This document shows, piece by piece, positions 9,521 to 18,851 of a stretch of DNA of 62,301 nucleotides. A program made the position numbers and the translations under genes. The notes beneath the pieces are model-generated. The model saw only the letters and a list, made by a program, of their open reading frames with translations, ran no database searches and was not told the DNA's origin. The DNA lies in NCBI GenBank assembly GCA_002683575.1, contig NYTP01000134.1:1-62301 (forward strand), read 5' to 3'. Positions within the stretch are counted from its first letter, which is position 1. Each line of letters begins with the position of its first letter. Source of the stretch: Bermanella sp. Lineage in GTDB: Bacteria; Pseudomonadota; Gammaproteobacteria; Pseudomonadales; Oceanobacteraceae.

Positions 9521-10123
9521 CTATCTAAATTTTCTCCCCCTAGCTTGCGGATTATATACAGACACGACTCTAAAAACGTCGTCTTTAGGGTCAACTAAAT
9601 AGCGTCTTCCACCTTGCCAGAGTTGTTCTAAGATCTCCCAGCCTTCTTCGGTTTCTGATAGCTCACCAAACACAATTGGTTGTCCCTTCTTACGAAGGTA
9701 AACCACTCTGTCGCCATCCCGTACGTTACCCTTTGGGTTAACGAGCAGCATTGACCCTTTTCTTAGGCCGAAGTCGTCGTAATCCACTTCTATGAAATAC
9801 GACTCGTCGCATTCGAGTATGGTTTGTACAAGCACTGACGGGTTCGTTGGTTTGCGACCCGACAGTGTTGTTAATACTCGTAACGGCTTCTCGGGAACAG
9901 TGTCCGAGGAAGCACCGAAGTCAGATAGTTCTAGCCCAGTAAAAGCAGTGAACTTGGTCAAAAAGTCAGTGTTAAGCGGAATCGTCCCTCTCAGATATTG
10001 ACTGAAAGCCGACTGGTTCATGCCCATAGCCTTTGCTGCTCTGGCCTGACTTAGCGCCGTAGCATCTTTATGGGATGACCATGCAAGCTGTACTTTCTTT
10101 AGTACATCATTACTGTATTCCAT
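9521..10123 (-). CDS. Lambda cI-like repressor (XRE HTH + degenerate S24-like C-terminal domain)
   Basis: LSQARAAKAMGMNQSAFSQYLRGTIPLN resembles the lambda cI HTH; C-terminal KGSMLLVNP...DGDRVV; ATG 10123 preceded by a GGGG SD-like run. Confidence 0.8.
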   Translation of the reverse strand: MEYSNDVLKKVQLAWSSHKDATALSQARAAKAMGMNQSAFSQYLRGTIPLNTDFLTKFTAFTGLELSDFGASSDTVPEKPLRVLTTLSGRKPTNPSVLVQTILECDESYFIEVDYDDFGLRKGSMLLVNPKGNVRDGDRVVYLRKKGQPIVFGELSETEEGWEILEQLWQGGRRYLVDPKDDVFRVVSVYNPQARGRKFR

Positions 10124-10160
10124 CTTAAAAATCCCCGTTGTGGTTGTTTTGCTTATACAT

Positions 10161-10189
10161 AATTTAACAGTAGCACTGTTACATGTCAA
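10161..10189 (-). promoter_or_regulatory. Repressor promoter with operator in the spacer
   Basis: TTGACA-17-TAAATT on the minus strand; operator AACAGTAGCACTGTT at 10166..10180. Confidence 0.72.
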
Positions 10190-10257
10190 CGCATATGTTA
10201 ACGTTTGCTAAGACATGAACACCACATTCGGAGTGGCCTCCAGCCGATCTAGCCTCC

Positions 10258-10713
10258 TTATAATCGATGGTCTGAAAGCCCTCCCTCTAATGTAGTTTCC
10301 TCAATAAACGTTGCTATAGCTGTGTAGTTTAATTTTTCTGCACGATTGGCAAATTCTTCGGCGGTTATGCCGTTAACCCATTCGCTAGGGTCAGTTAGGA
10401 CAACACCACAAACTTGTCGTTGATGTTTTATGGCTTCACAGCCGATGATCACTACTGCAAGCTCATTGGCCTCTACAGCTTCATTAAGCCATAATAGCTG
10501 CTGTGCAGATAAGTCGGGCTTAACGACCGTCGTAGGCCGCTTGGGTAGTGTCTTTATGAATTTGTACTCAGCCCATAACGGACGTTTTCCATTGCGGTGT
10601 CGATAAAATGCGTCAGGTACGCCACCCGCGAAATTATCGTTGATTTTCCACGTACGCATTATGTCAGAACTCAGCTTTTTGCCGACGTTCGCTGTGTACT
10701 GTGACTCAATCAT
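10258..10713 (-). CDS. VRR-NUC/PD-(D/E)xK nuclease, possible Holliday-junction resolvase
   Basis: GVPD...WAEYK...LSAQQLLWL. Confidence 0.72.
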   Translation of the reverse strand: MIESQYTANVGKKLSSDIMRTWKINDNFAGGVPDAFYRHRNGKRPLWAEYKFIKTLPKRPTTVVKPDLSAQQLLWLNEAVEANELAVVIIGCEAIKHQRQVCGVVLTDPSEWVNGITAEEFANRAEKLNYTAIATFIEETTLEGGLSDHRL

Positions 10714-11261
10714 TACAGGCCTAACGCCTCTAGTCGTTTGAATAGAGTATGCGCTTGTGCCTCCGCATCGAATAATGCGTGATGGGCAACAGTTGGCTCA
10801 ACTCGTTCAATTTGCGGGGTTAGGTTCTTAATAGTGCGGTAACACATATCGCCTCTGTATGACCAAGGGCGGGGGAGGCCACAAATCTTGAAGGCTTCGG
10901 CTATCAGAGCATTGTCCATTGCTACACCATCACCCCATAGACGTATCTCATCTGCTGGTACACCTTTCGATTGTTCAGCGATAAACTCGCTTAGCTCGAT
11001 TAGTGCGTCTTTAACTGGCTTATGTGCGTAGTTACCCTTGAACTCGTCACGCGCTGCTTGCTCTTGCTGTAGCCACCATAGGACGGTACTCGCGTCGATG
11101 TTGAAACCCGCTTTTTGGCTATCTTCGAGACTAATACGAGTGTAGTAGCCTTTGTGTATCTTTTTGTTTTTTAAATCCATTGGAACAATGCCGATTGACA
11201 GAATCGCGTCACCTGCGTTCGTGCCCATAGACTCGATGTCCACCATGTAATCGCTGACCAT
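10713..11261 (-). CDS. DEDDh 3'-5' exonuclease
   Basis: MVDIESMG, ILSIG, LWGDG...DN, HHALFDAEAQA. Confidence 0.85.
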   Translation of the reverse strand: MVSDYMVDIESMGTNAGDAILSIGIVPMDLKNKKIHKGYYTRISLEDSQKAGFNIDASTVLWWLQQEQAARDEFKGNYAHKPVKDALIELSEFIAEQSKGVPADEIRLWGDGVAMDNALIAEAFKICGLPRPWSYRGDMCYRTIKNLTPQIERVEPTVAHHALFDAEAQAHTLFKRLEALGL

Positions 11262-11448
11262 TATATTCTCCTGTTACCATTGGCCACCAAAAATTTAAGG
11301 CGCTAATGTAAAGTATTGTAAAGGTGTTTTGAAGTGTTAATTTTATGAAATTTAATAAAAAATTAATTGTTAACTAAAGATTCAAAAAATAGTAAATTTT
11401 TATGATCAAACTTTAAACATTCATTCATTTTGCTTTAATATTTTACAC

Positions 11449-11476
11449 AAAAAAGCCGACCCAAAAACGAGTCGGC
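11449..11476 (-). terminator. Intrinsic terminator
   Basis: GCCGAC/GTCGGC stem followed by T6 on the minus strand. Confidence 0.75.
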
Positions 11477-11500
11477 CAATGCCCTAAAGTGGTAGGGCTA

Positions 11501-12208
11501 TTATGCTGCTTCGGTCTTTGAAGAAAATAAAGCGCTATACATTTCAACAGCTTGATCGTATAACTCGTCGGGAGCATGAGCTACAAGTGATACGTCGTAA
11601 TTGAAGAAATTACCTGAGCTATTAGACTCAGACACAACGCCTAATTGCCACACACAACCAAAGCGAGGGTTGCCTTGTTTTTCTTCGTCATTAATCAGGG
11701 TATTCCAGATTCGTGACTTTTTGACTTTAACCCCCGGCATATCAAGTAGTGCAACAGATTTCGGATTACCTTCGTCGTCTAGAAGTAATACTAGGTGAGT
11801 AGGGTTCTCAGAAATATCATGGTCTTTAACCGCTAGACCTTGTTCTTCTAGTGCGTCTAGGGCTTCTTGTTCTGTGTCGTATGAACCGACCATACCGCCA
11901 CCTAACTTACGCTTACGCCATACAACGATTTTCTTTGTAAAGCTTAAATTGATTAGGAAAAGCGATGTGTACAGTTCTTCTGTAACGCTATTCATGATCA
12001 TACCAGCTTGCGCACCTTCAACTTGTTTAGGGTTACCAGGCTCTACTTCTGGGTTGATCATTTGTAACAATTTCAAGCGAGGAATGGCTAAATCGTCTGT
12101 GGTTACATTCTCTGAGCCACGGCCAACGTAATCGCCACGTTCTTCGATAGTTGCTACACCTGTGAACTTATCCTCTGCTTTTACAGCTACGTTTGTGTTA
12201 TTAGCCAT
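11501..12208 (-). CDS. Putative ssDNA-binding/annealing replication protein
   Basis: GSENVTTDDLAIPRLKLLQ N-terminus recurrent in phage replication modules; context next to helicase and nucleases. Confidence 0.5.
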   Translation of the reverse strand: MANNTNVAVKAEDKFTGVATIEERGDYVGRGSENVTTDDLAIPRLKLLQMINPEVEPGNPKQVEGAQAGMIMNSVTEELYTSLFLINLSFTKKIVVWRKRKLGGGMVGSYDTEQEALDALEEQGLAVKDHDISENPTHLVLLLDDEGNPKSVALLDMPGVKVKKSRIWNTLINDEEKQGNPRFGCVWQLGVVSESNSSGNFFNYDVSLVAHAPDELYDQAVEMYSALFSSKTEAA

Positions 12209-12274
12209 GATGGTATTCCTTATATTCGTTATTTGTTAATCGTTAATGAGTCATTGGATCAAATAATTTGATCG

Positions 12275-12351
12275 AAAAACCCCCAACAACTGACTAGGAA
12301 GTAGGGGGTTAGCAAGCAACCACAACAAGTACATAGAGAGAACCAGTTGAG
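12275..12351 (-). ncRNA. Candidate ~77-nt antisense sRNA or attenuated leader
   Basis: Upstream sigma70 promoter, AACCCCC/GGGGGTTTTT terminator, and 13+9 nt complementarity to the RBS region at 13203..13233. Confidence 0.55.
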
Positions 12352-12357
12352 GTCGCA

Positions 12358-12399
12358 ATATTAGTATTACTGTTAAAATAAGTCAACAGTGTTACTAAT
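12358..12399 (-). promoter_or_regulatory. Leftward promoter overlapped by two operators
   Basis: TTGACT-17-TAATAT (12386 to 12358); operators at 12360..12374 and 12385..12399. Confidence 0.75.
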
Positions 12400-12827
12400 T
12401 AATTTTTACGCACCGATAGTTTTCGCACTCGAACAGGCTTTACACCTGCTAGTGAGTCACCCATCGAAATAAGCTCTCTGAATGGCGCTGCATTGACTTT
12501 ACGCTGTAGAAGGTAAAATGCATCATTGTCTTTAATGTGCTCGTACAATGCGTCCCAATCAGTAACAGAGGGCTGTGTTTCTTCACTCATAGATACAGCG
12601 CCTATGCCAACGTAAGCCACTTTTTCGCCTACTTCTAAGGTTGCCTTTAAGTAGTTCTCAAGCTCGGTTTTACGCTCTTTCAGGGCTTTTAATTGCTCAG
12701 CTTCTATTAGAGCTATCTCGCGACGTACGCGAAATAACTCGGTAACTACAGCCTTACGGTCTGGTAGCTCGCTAGCGGGGATATCTGATAGGTCAAATTC
12801 TTCTTTTAACTTCTCTGCTGCTGACAT
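12399..12827 (-). CDS. Phage hypothetical protein of the replication module
   Basis: 142 aa; VTDWDALYEHI...LLQRKVN; operonic spacing. Confidence 0.7.
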   Translation of the reverse strand: MSAAEKLKEEFDLSDIPASELPDRKAVVTELFRVRREIALIEAEQLKALKERKTELENYLKATLEVGEKVAYVGIGAVSMSEETQPSVTDWDALYEHIKDNDAFYLLQRKVNAAPFRELISMGDSLAGVKPVRVRKLSVRKN

Positions 12828-12828
12828 T

Positions 12829-13200
12829 TTATGCTGCCTCTTGTTCTGTGTTTTCAGCTAATTCCTTTGGGACACGGCAACCAGCCTCGAAGAAAGCGTG
12901 TAACTTGTCCATCGCTTCGTCGAATGCTTGCACTTTGGTTACTGGCGTAGTTTGCAACTTGGCATTTAGTCGTTTGCACTCGGCGGTTAGCTTCGTTATC
13001 TCGTCAAGGTTCAAGTCGGCCATAGCGCTTTTTAAACCTTCTTCAGCTTCAACTAACTTCTCGCGTGTTTCTTCGAAGTCGCTACCGAACTCAACAACTT
13101 GCTTGCGCGTGTGGCGAACGTCTTTTACGGCCTCGTTGAACGCTTCAAGGTCAAAGTCTGCTGCTGTGATTTGGAATTTGTTTAAAGGTAAGTTGCTCAT
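12829..13200 (-). CDS. Hypothetical coiled-coil protein (predicted sRNA target)
   Basis: 123 aa, AGAGAG SD, operonic. Confidence 0.75.
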   Translation of the reverse strand: MSNLPLNKFQITAADFDLEAFNEAVKDVRHTRKQVVEFGSDFEETREKLVEAEEGLKSAMADLNLDEITKLTAECKRLNAKLQTTPVTKVQAFDEAMDKLHAFFEAGCRVPKELAENTEQEAA

Positions 13201-13231
13201 AATGGTTCTCTCTATAATGTAAAAGTTGTGG

Positions 13232-14617
13232 TTAGGCTGCTTGCGACAGTCCTGCGATAGTGTTTAGTAAGTCAATCATGTTCATCTGCTTGTTGAGCAT
13301 CTTCTGGTAGACTTCTTCTTCTACCGTTTCCTCAGCCGCAATATGAATAATCTCGGTCTTACGTTTTTGGCCTGTTCGTACGATACGGTGGTTAAACTGC
13401 TCGTATAGGTCGGCACGATAAGTAGGGCTTGCCCAAATAACACGATTCGCCATAGTCAATGTCAAACCGTGCCCCGCTGATTGTGGGTGAGCGAAAATCA
13501 CTTGAATGTTGCCCTGCTGAAATTGATGAACGATTCGGTTACGCTCCAATGATGGCGTGTCACCATCTATTACCGCGTAAGTAATCTTTCGTTTTTTGGC
13601 CTCGGCTATTAGGCCGTCACGTTGATGTGTCCAGTTGAACGCAACAAGCGCGTGGTCTGTCTCTTCAACCAAATCAAGCACCAGCTCATAACGTTCTTTG
13701 TGTACGTTAATGACTGATCCATCTTCGTTGTACACGCCACCCGACAGCGTTTGCAGTAGCTTCTGCATACGTGAACCCGCGTGGACGGCATTCAGCATTT
13801 CGCCGCTCTCCAACGCCAATACTGACTCACGTTTAAGGAACTCGTAGTCACGGCGTATCTTCTTAGGTAGCTCAACCGTTACCTCTCGGTAAATGGTCTC
13901 TGGCAACTCTTGAACGTCATCAAGCGCAACACGGGAAGTAATGTCAGATAGCATCAGTGTCACATGGTCTGCGGCACCGGCTTTATCAACCCATTTCGTT
14001 GCCCCAATTGGCGCACCCGCAATGACTTGTGGATCACATACTTGTTGACGAAAGCCAAAGAAGTTTTTGCCAAGGCGCTCACCTCGGTCTATGAGGAACG
14101 CTAAGTGCCAAATGTCGAGAATGGTGTTAGGGGAGGGTGTACCCGTCATAAGTGCCATTTTCTCAATGTCACCTGCTATACGGTTAATTGACTTGGAACG
14201 CATGGACGTTCTGTTTCGGAAGGCGTCACCCTCGTCAACAATGAGGACATCGAATTTAGGCGCGTAGCCCTCGTTGTCTATCATCTTAACCGTGTCGTGG
14301 TTCGTGATTACCCATTGGGCATTACCTTCGAAGGCTTTACGTTTTTTGGCGGCAGTACCCGCAGCGATAGCGTAGGTTGCTTCGGGCCAGCCGAAACGCA
14401 GGTCTTTAGCCCACGCTGGCGTTAAAATGGATAGTGGTGCGAGTACAAGAACACGCGCGTCAGGCCAGTATGTTTTCACTGCATGAATGCAGGCGAGCGT
14501 TTTGCCCGTCCCGCATCCATCGAAGTTCAACACGCGCTCTTTATCACCCCACAGGTTAGCAAATGCCTCTTGGTGGGCGAACGGCTTAAATGTCGGTTTC
14601 TCTTTTTTATGCAACAT
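13232..14617 (-). CDS. SNF2-like superfamily 2 helicase
   Basis: GTGKT, LIVDEG, MTGTPSPN, SAGHGLTL, QFNHRIVRTGQ. Confidence 0.9.
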   Translation of the reverse strand: MLHKKEKPTFKPFAHQEAFANLWGDKERVLNFDGCGTGKTLACIHAVKTYWPDARVLVLAPLSILTPAWAKDLRFGWPEATYAIAAGTAAKKRKAFEGNAQWVITNHDTVKMIDNEGYAPKFDVLIVDEGDAFRNRTSMRSKSINRIAGDIEKMALMTGTPSPNTILDIWHLAFLIDRGERLGKNFFGFRQQVCDPQVIAGAPIGATKWVDKAGAADHVTLMLSDITSRVALDDVQELPETIYREVTVELPKKIRRDYEFLKRESVLALESGEMLNAVHAGSRMQKLLQTLSGGVYNEDGSVINVHKERYELVLDLVEETDHALVAFNWTHQRDGLIAEAKKRKITYAVIDGDTPSLERNRIVHQFQQGNIQVIFAHPQSAGHGLTLTMANRVIWASPTYRADLYEQFNHRIVRTGQKRKTEIIHIAAEETVEEEVYQKMLNKQMNMIDLLNTIAGLSQAA

Positions 14618-15641
14618 CTAAACCTCGATAGTGGTCAAAACCACATGCGCCGTTACCGTATGCTTTACCATCACGGTTAGTGTTGCAGCCGTACTCACAG
14701 AAACGACAGGTATGCGCGTTAGCTGTAGGTATGAAGTCTTTGGTCATTGTTAGTTTCTTGGCACGGTTATGGTAGCGAAGTAATAACATGCCGAGCTGAC
14801 GACGGTTGAACGTGCGAACCATCTTGGTGCCGTCGTCTAAATACCAAAACTCGACCTTAAACACGTCAATCTCAGGGAATCGGTGCATCGTGTGCAGCGC
14901 GTAGCTTAGCCCTTGGTCAGCGTGTTTCATTTCGTTGCCAAACTTCTGACCTGTTTTATAGTCAATGATGCGGCATGAGTTTTCATTCTCACGGATGAAC
15001 ACGTCAAGTTTCGCACGGCCCCACAGCTCGTCGTCATCCCAATCGCACGGCGACCAATCTTTGCGGATACCCCAATTTTCTTCCATCGTGATTTTACCTT
15101 CACGGTAGTCCTCACGCAGACTAGAGAAGTCCGCTGAGAATTGGTCGAACTTGGTGCGGTTGTCCGCTGGCAATTCTTCTACGTCACCACGAACCCATGC
15201 CTCGCAGCCGTCGTGAATGACTGTTCCGCGTTGTGCGGCTTCACCAGACTCAACAGGTATTTTATCTACTTTGCCTAGTTTGACTGCCCATTGACAGTTT
15301 TCGAACTTCTTGAGCGTTGAGAATGACCAGGCTTTGACAGCTGCTGTTGGGAAGTCGACGACCATAGCGCCGCGTTCATCTTCTCGCGTTTGCTTCGCTT
15401 GTTTAAGTGCATCCGATAGAGCATTCAAATCTCCCGCTTTTTTAATCTTGTTGTTCTTTGGTGCTTGCGTGATTACCGCTTTTTGTTTTGTTTCTTTAGC
15501 ACGAGCGCCTAGCATTGCTGCTAGACCCTCCTTGCTATCAGCTTTCACAGCGTCCGAAGGCTTGGGCGTACTGCTTTTGCCTTGAATTGTTTGTTGACCA
15601 GACTCAGCGGCCTTGGCCTTAAGTTTGGCAGCAAAGTCCAT
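14607..15641 (-). CDS. PD-(D/E)xK (RecB/Cas4-like) exonuclease with Cys cluster
   Basis: WSFSTL...C, RGTVIH, RAKLD...IIDYKTG, CRFCEY...C; start at ATG 15641. Confidence 0.82.
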   Translation of the reverse strand: MDFAAKLKAKAAESGQQTIQGKSSTPKPSDAVKADSKEGLAAMLGARAKETKQKAVITQAPKNNKIKKAGDLNALSDALKQAKQTREDERGAMVVDFPTAAVKAWSFSTLKKFENCQWAVKLGKVDKIPVESGEAAQRGTVIHDGCEAWVRGDVEELPADNRTKFDQFSADFSSLREDYREGKITMEENWGIRKDWSPCDWDDDELWGRAKLDVFIRENENSCRIIDYKTGQKFGNEMKHADQGLSYALHTMHRFPEIDVFKVEFWYLDDGTKMVRTFNRRQLGMLLLRYHNRAKKLTMTKDFIPTANAHTCRFCEYGCNTNRDGKAYGNGACGFDHYRGLDVA

Positions 15642-15862
15642 TACGCGGCCTCCTTCCCAAAGCGGCGAATGAACGCCGCACAATCGTCTATCCCTATGTA
15701 AATCTCACCATTATGCTCAATCGCTGGCGCTGAGCGGAGGCCATGTGGATTACTCTCCGAGAGGCGAACAACATCAAGTTCTACGCCAGCTAGCTCAGCG
15801 TATGATTTAACGTCAGGGCAGAATTTACATCCTCGGGCAGTGTATAAGATTGGCTTTTTCAT
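15641..15862 (-). CDS. Glutaredoxin/NrdH-like redoxin
   Basis: LYTARGCKFC, RSAPAI. Confidence 0.8.
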   Translation of the reverse strand: MKKPILYTARGCKFCPDVKSYAELAGVELDVVRLSESNPHGLRSAPAIEHNGEIYIGIDDCAAFIRRFGKEAA

Positions 15863-18516
15863 AGGTCGTATCCATTATTTGAGTATATTTCGGGTTCAAC
15901 GGATTTTTCTAGCTCAGCTCTGGCCTCAGCCATAGCTCGCTCGAAGTCCTCGCTGGTTCTTTTTTCTGGGTCGATTGATGAAACGTTGCTTGGCAGGGTG
16001 CTGTTGGCATCTTTAATAGCCTCAAGCACTTCCTCGTCGTTGTAGTTCCAGAACACTTCAACACATCGCGGACGCGACGGTAGGGGCGCTCTAGCACCTA
16101 CAGGGCGAGACTTACGTTTCTTCTCAACATCGTGCGTAGATAGCATTCGCGATAGGGCGTTTTCAGATATTTCCTTGCCCGCCAGATAGCTATAAAGCAT
16201 GCGTAAATCATCGGGCAGCAAGTAACATGCTTTACCTGTATTCACGTGCTCTAAGTTGGCCGTCAGGAATGTCTTAACACGCGTCAACTGTGCAAACTCT
16301 TTAGGCTCAAGGTTGGCTGTCGACTTATCAAGAATACCGATGAACGCACCAAAATCACCGTCACGTAGCGCGGTAAAGAAGCTATCAGATGCGCTCATAC
16401 CTGCTTTCTGCGTGTCGATTCGTGCTTGGTTCATGATGATTGAACCTGATTGGTGAGTGTCTACCTTGAATGAGCGAAGGTAAGTGGCAAATGCGTGTAG
16501 CTCGCCCTTAATTAACTCGTCCGTATGCTCACGGTGCGATTTGATATACCCAAGCCGCGCCTCAAGGTTTCTCTGCTGCCTCGGTGCAATGTTATAGCGT
16601 CGTTTATCAGTTACAGGCATTGCGTCCAAGTCGTTTGTCGCGAAGATGAAGTTCAGACGTTGAACAACCTCTCGCTGTTGTTGCTGCATCTTACGAAGCA
16701 TCATGGTTGGCTCGGTAATACGCGTTTTTAACAGTGACGCTGCTTTTGTTAAGCTCGCCGCCCCGCGCATGTTGAACTCGTCAACCATCAACAACATTAA
16801 ATCTTCCATCCAGCCGTTAAACTGGTCGTCGGCTATCCCTTGCAGCGTGTTCTGAGCCACGTACTGCTGGCCGATTAATGGGCGTAAAACTGACTTAAAC
16901 AGTAAGCCTTTACCCGTACCCTCTGTACCATGGACAAGCCAAGCGGTCTGTGTCTTGTCTCGTTTCTGCATTATGAACGCGAGCCAGTTAATGAAATGCT
17001 CGAAGCAGTCCATATCATCACCCAACATATTTAAGATGATTTCACTAATGACAGGGCAGTCGTAGTGCAGCATCCAAGCGTTGCCATATGTTAGGGTCTC
17101 AGGGTAGTCATGCGTCGTTTTGTCGCGCATGTAAACAGATGGCTTGAAACGGTTTATGTAGTCCTTGTCACCTATCGCGTAACGTGTCTCACCTCGGTTC
17201 GGGTCCAAGGTCACATGAATAGCAGGAACAGGGTCAGGAACAAGTTGGCCGTAATGCTTTAGCCACTCCGCAGCAATTTGCGCGTTCTTACGCTCTTTGA
17301 GTTCAACTACTTCGTCGTTCTCTTTGTCGTACTCCATCGTCATATACATGTCAGATGTTTGGTCAATAAACATCGAACGTTGAACCTTGCGAACGATACC
17401 TTCGTCGTCCTTCACTTCCTCGTACGCTTCACCATATCTCTCAATATGTTTGGCGTATGCCTCCGCGTCGGCGCTTTTAAACAAGAAAGCTGGCTCGTCA
17501 GGTATGAAACAACGCACAACCTCTGGGTTAGAGCGAGCAACCCAATATGCATTGTTCTTACTACCGCCTACGTTATAGCGAACAAACTCGTCGTCCTCGT
17601 ACGCAAACTCCATACGAACAGTCGGCGGGTTAGCCATAACATTCATCGGACGGCCATCGACATTTATGCGCGTAAACTTCGGCTTGTGTCTTACGATCCC
17701 CGCTTCTTGTTGCAGCTCCTTAATCTTGGTATCACGTATCTGGTTGATCGCATCCATCTTGTCGTGAACGGCCTCAAGTAAAGGGTCAAGATTAAGCAAC
17801 TCTTTACCTTTTTTAACCAGCACAAAACGCTCGTCATCGTTGATAAACGGATTAGTGCGCTTAGGACCAAAACTAGGTGGGGCGATATAAATTAGACGGG
17901 CAGGCTCCGCTAGACAGGGGTCGATAACACTCTTTAAACGTGTCTTTGTCTTTGTGAGCTTCAACCTGTTATAAATGTCAGACTGTGAGTAGTTCAGCGA
18001 CGTTAGCCACTCTTTTAACGCACGGGGCGACACTGAATTTTCAAGTAAAAAGTGTATGTGAACCGACACTTCATCTTGGTTCAGGCCAAATGAGCTTGAG
18101 GCCATAGCTACGTAAGAAACGTTATGCAGGGCAGTCGGTAACATTTCTATTACCGACTCGGCAACTTGCTTAACATCTGACGAGCGGTAGCGCTCTTTCA
18201 GTTCACCTTCTAACTTCAAACCGTCAACGTCCAGCACCATAAACTCGGTGCGAGCGTCTTGGTCGGTCATGTTCCGACGCGATTCATGTGCTAAAGGGCG
18301 AATGAACAAACCTTTGTATAGCGCACGACCGTATCGGGCATTCTCCAATAGCAACTCTCGGTAGCCTGCTAAGCCTTCTTCCTCTACGTTCAACTCTGCT
18401 TCGTACGACGTTAATTTTGCAGCAAGCGGGTACGAGCGTGAGCTACCATCAGCTAGGCCAATCGTTTTACGCATCGGACCTATCTTGCTGTGCGCGGAAA
18501 CAAAGTGTAGTTTCAT
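15859..18516 (-). CDS. Primase-helicase (N-terminal primase-like domain, C-terminal SF3/DUF5906 helicase)
   Basis: VLDVDG and HIHF N-terminal motifs; HGTEGTGKG, MVDE, FATN, KRRY; ATG 18516 with GGAGG SD. Confidence 0.85.
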   Translation of the reverse strand: MKLHFVSAHSKIGPMRKTIGLADGSSRSYPLAAKLTSYEAELNVEEEGLAGYRELLLENARYGRALYKGLFIRPLAHESRRNMTDQDARTEFMVLDVDGLKLEGELKERYRSSDVKQVAESVIEMLPTALHNVSYVAMASSSFGLNQDEVSVHIHFLLENSVSPRALKEWLTSLNYSQSDIYNRLKLTKTKTRLKSVIDPCLAEPARLIYIAPPSFGPKRTNPFINDDERFVLVKKGKELLNLDPLLEAVHDKMDAINQIRDTKIKELQQEAGIVRHKPKFTRINVDGRPMNVMANPPTVRMEFAYEDDEFVRYNVGGSKNNAYWVARSNPEVVRCFIPDEPAFLFKSADAEAYAKHIERYGEAYEEVKDDEGIVRKVQRSMFIDQTSDMYMTMEYDKENDEVVELKERKNAQIAAEWLKHYGQLVPDPVPAIHVTLDPNRGETRYAIGDKDYINRFKPSVYMRDKTTHDYPETLTYGNAWMLHYDCPVISEIILNMLGDDMDCFEHFINWLAFIMQKRDKTQTAWLVHGTEGTGKGLLFKSVLRPLIGQQYVAQNTLQGIADDQFNGWMEDLMLLMVDEFNMRGAASLTKAASLLKTRITEPTMMLRKMQQQQREVVQRLNFIFATNDLDAMPVTDKRRYNIAPRQQRNLEARLGYIKSHREHTDELIKGELHAFATYLRSFKVDTHQSGSIIMNQARIDTQKAGMSASDSFFTALRDGDFGAFIGILDKSTANLEPKEFAQLTRVKTFLTANLEHVNTGKACYLLPDDLRMLYSYLAGKEISENALSRMLSTHDVEKKRKSRPVGARAPLPSRPRCVEVFWNYNDEEVLEAIKDANSTLPSNVSSIDPEKRTSEDFERAMAEARAELEKSVEPEIYSNNGYDL

Positions 18517-18521
18517 CGTCT

Positions 18522-18725
18522 TTATGCCTCCCTTGGGTATTTTTCGAAATCGTCTGCACAATCTTTGTCACAGAACAACCTGCCTGGCTCATGCACTAGG
18601 GGTTCATCACAGTTGTAGCAGGCTTCTTTAGGTGTTAGGCGAGGGGTCTTAACCTTCGCATTTGCGAGCTGAACAGCAAGCATTAACTCCTGCTGCTCAA
18701 CTGATTTGTCTATGTAATCGGGCAT
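18522..18725 (-). CDS. TraR/DksA-like C4 zinc-finger protein
   Basis: MPDYIDKS N-terminus, CYNCDEPL...FCDKDC. Confidence 0.7.
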   Translation of the reverse strand: MPDYIDKSVEQQELMLAVQLANAKVKTPRLTPKEACYNCDEPLVHEPGRLFCDKDCADDFEKYPREA

Positions 18726-18765
18726 CTCGTTAAATTAAATTATTAGTAAACAGGTCGTGCATTTT

Positions 18766-18822
18766 AACAGTGTTACTAATTAAATTCAGCGGTATAAAAC
18801 TGATTTTAGTAGTATCACTGTT
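18766..18822. promoter_or_regulatory. Two operator copies
   Basis: AACAGTGTTACTAAT 18766..18780; AGTAGTATCACTGTT 18808..18822. Confidence 0.7.
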
Positions 18823-18851
18823 AAAATTTTTACTCTGCTACAGTTTGATAT

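Noticed and set aside
14607-15641. Cas4-like nuclease as evidence of CRISPR-Cas
   Set aside because: No repeat-spacer array or other cas genes seen; such nucleases are common in phage replication modules
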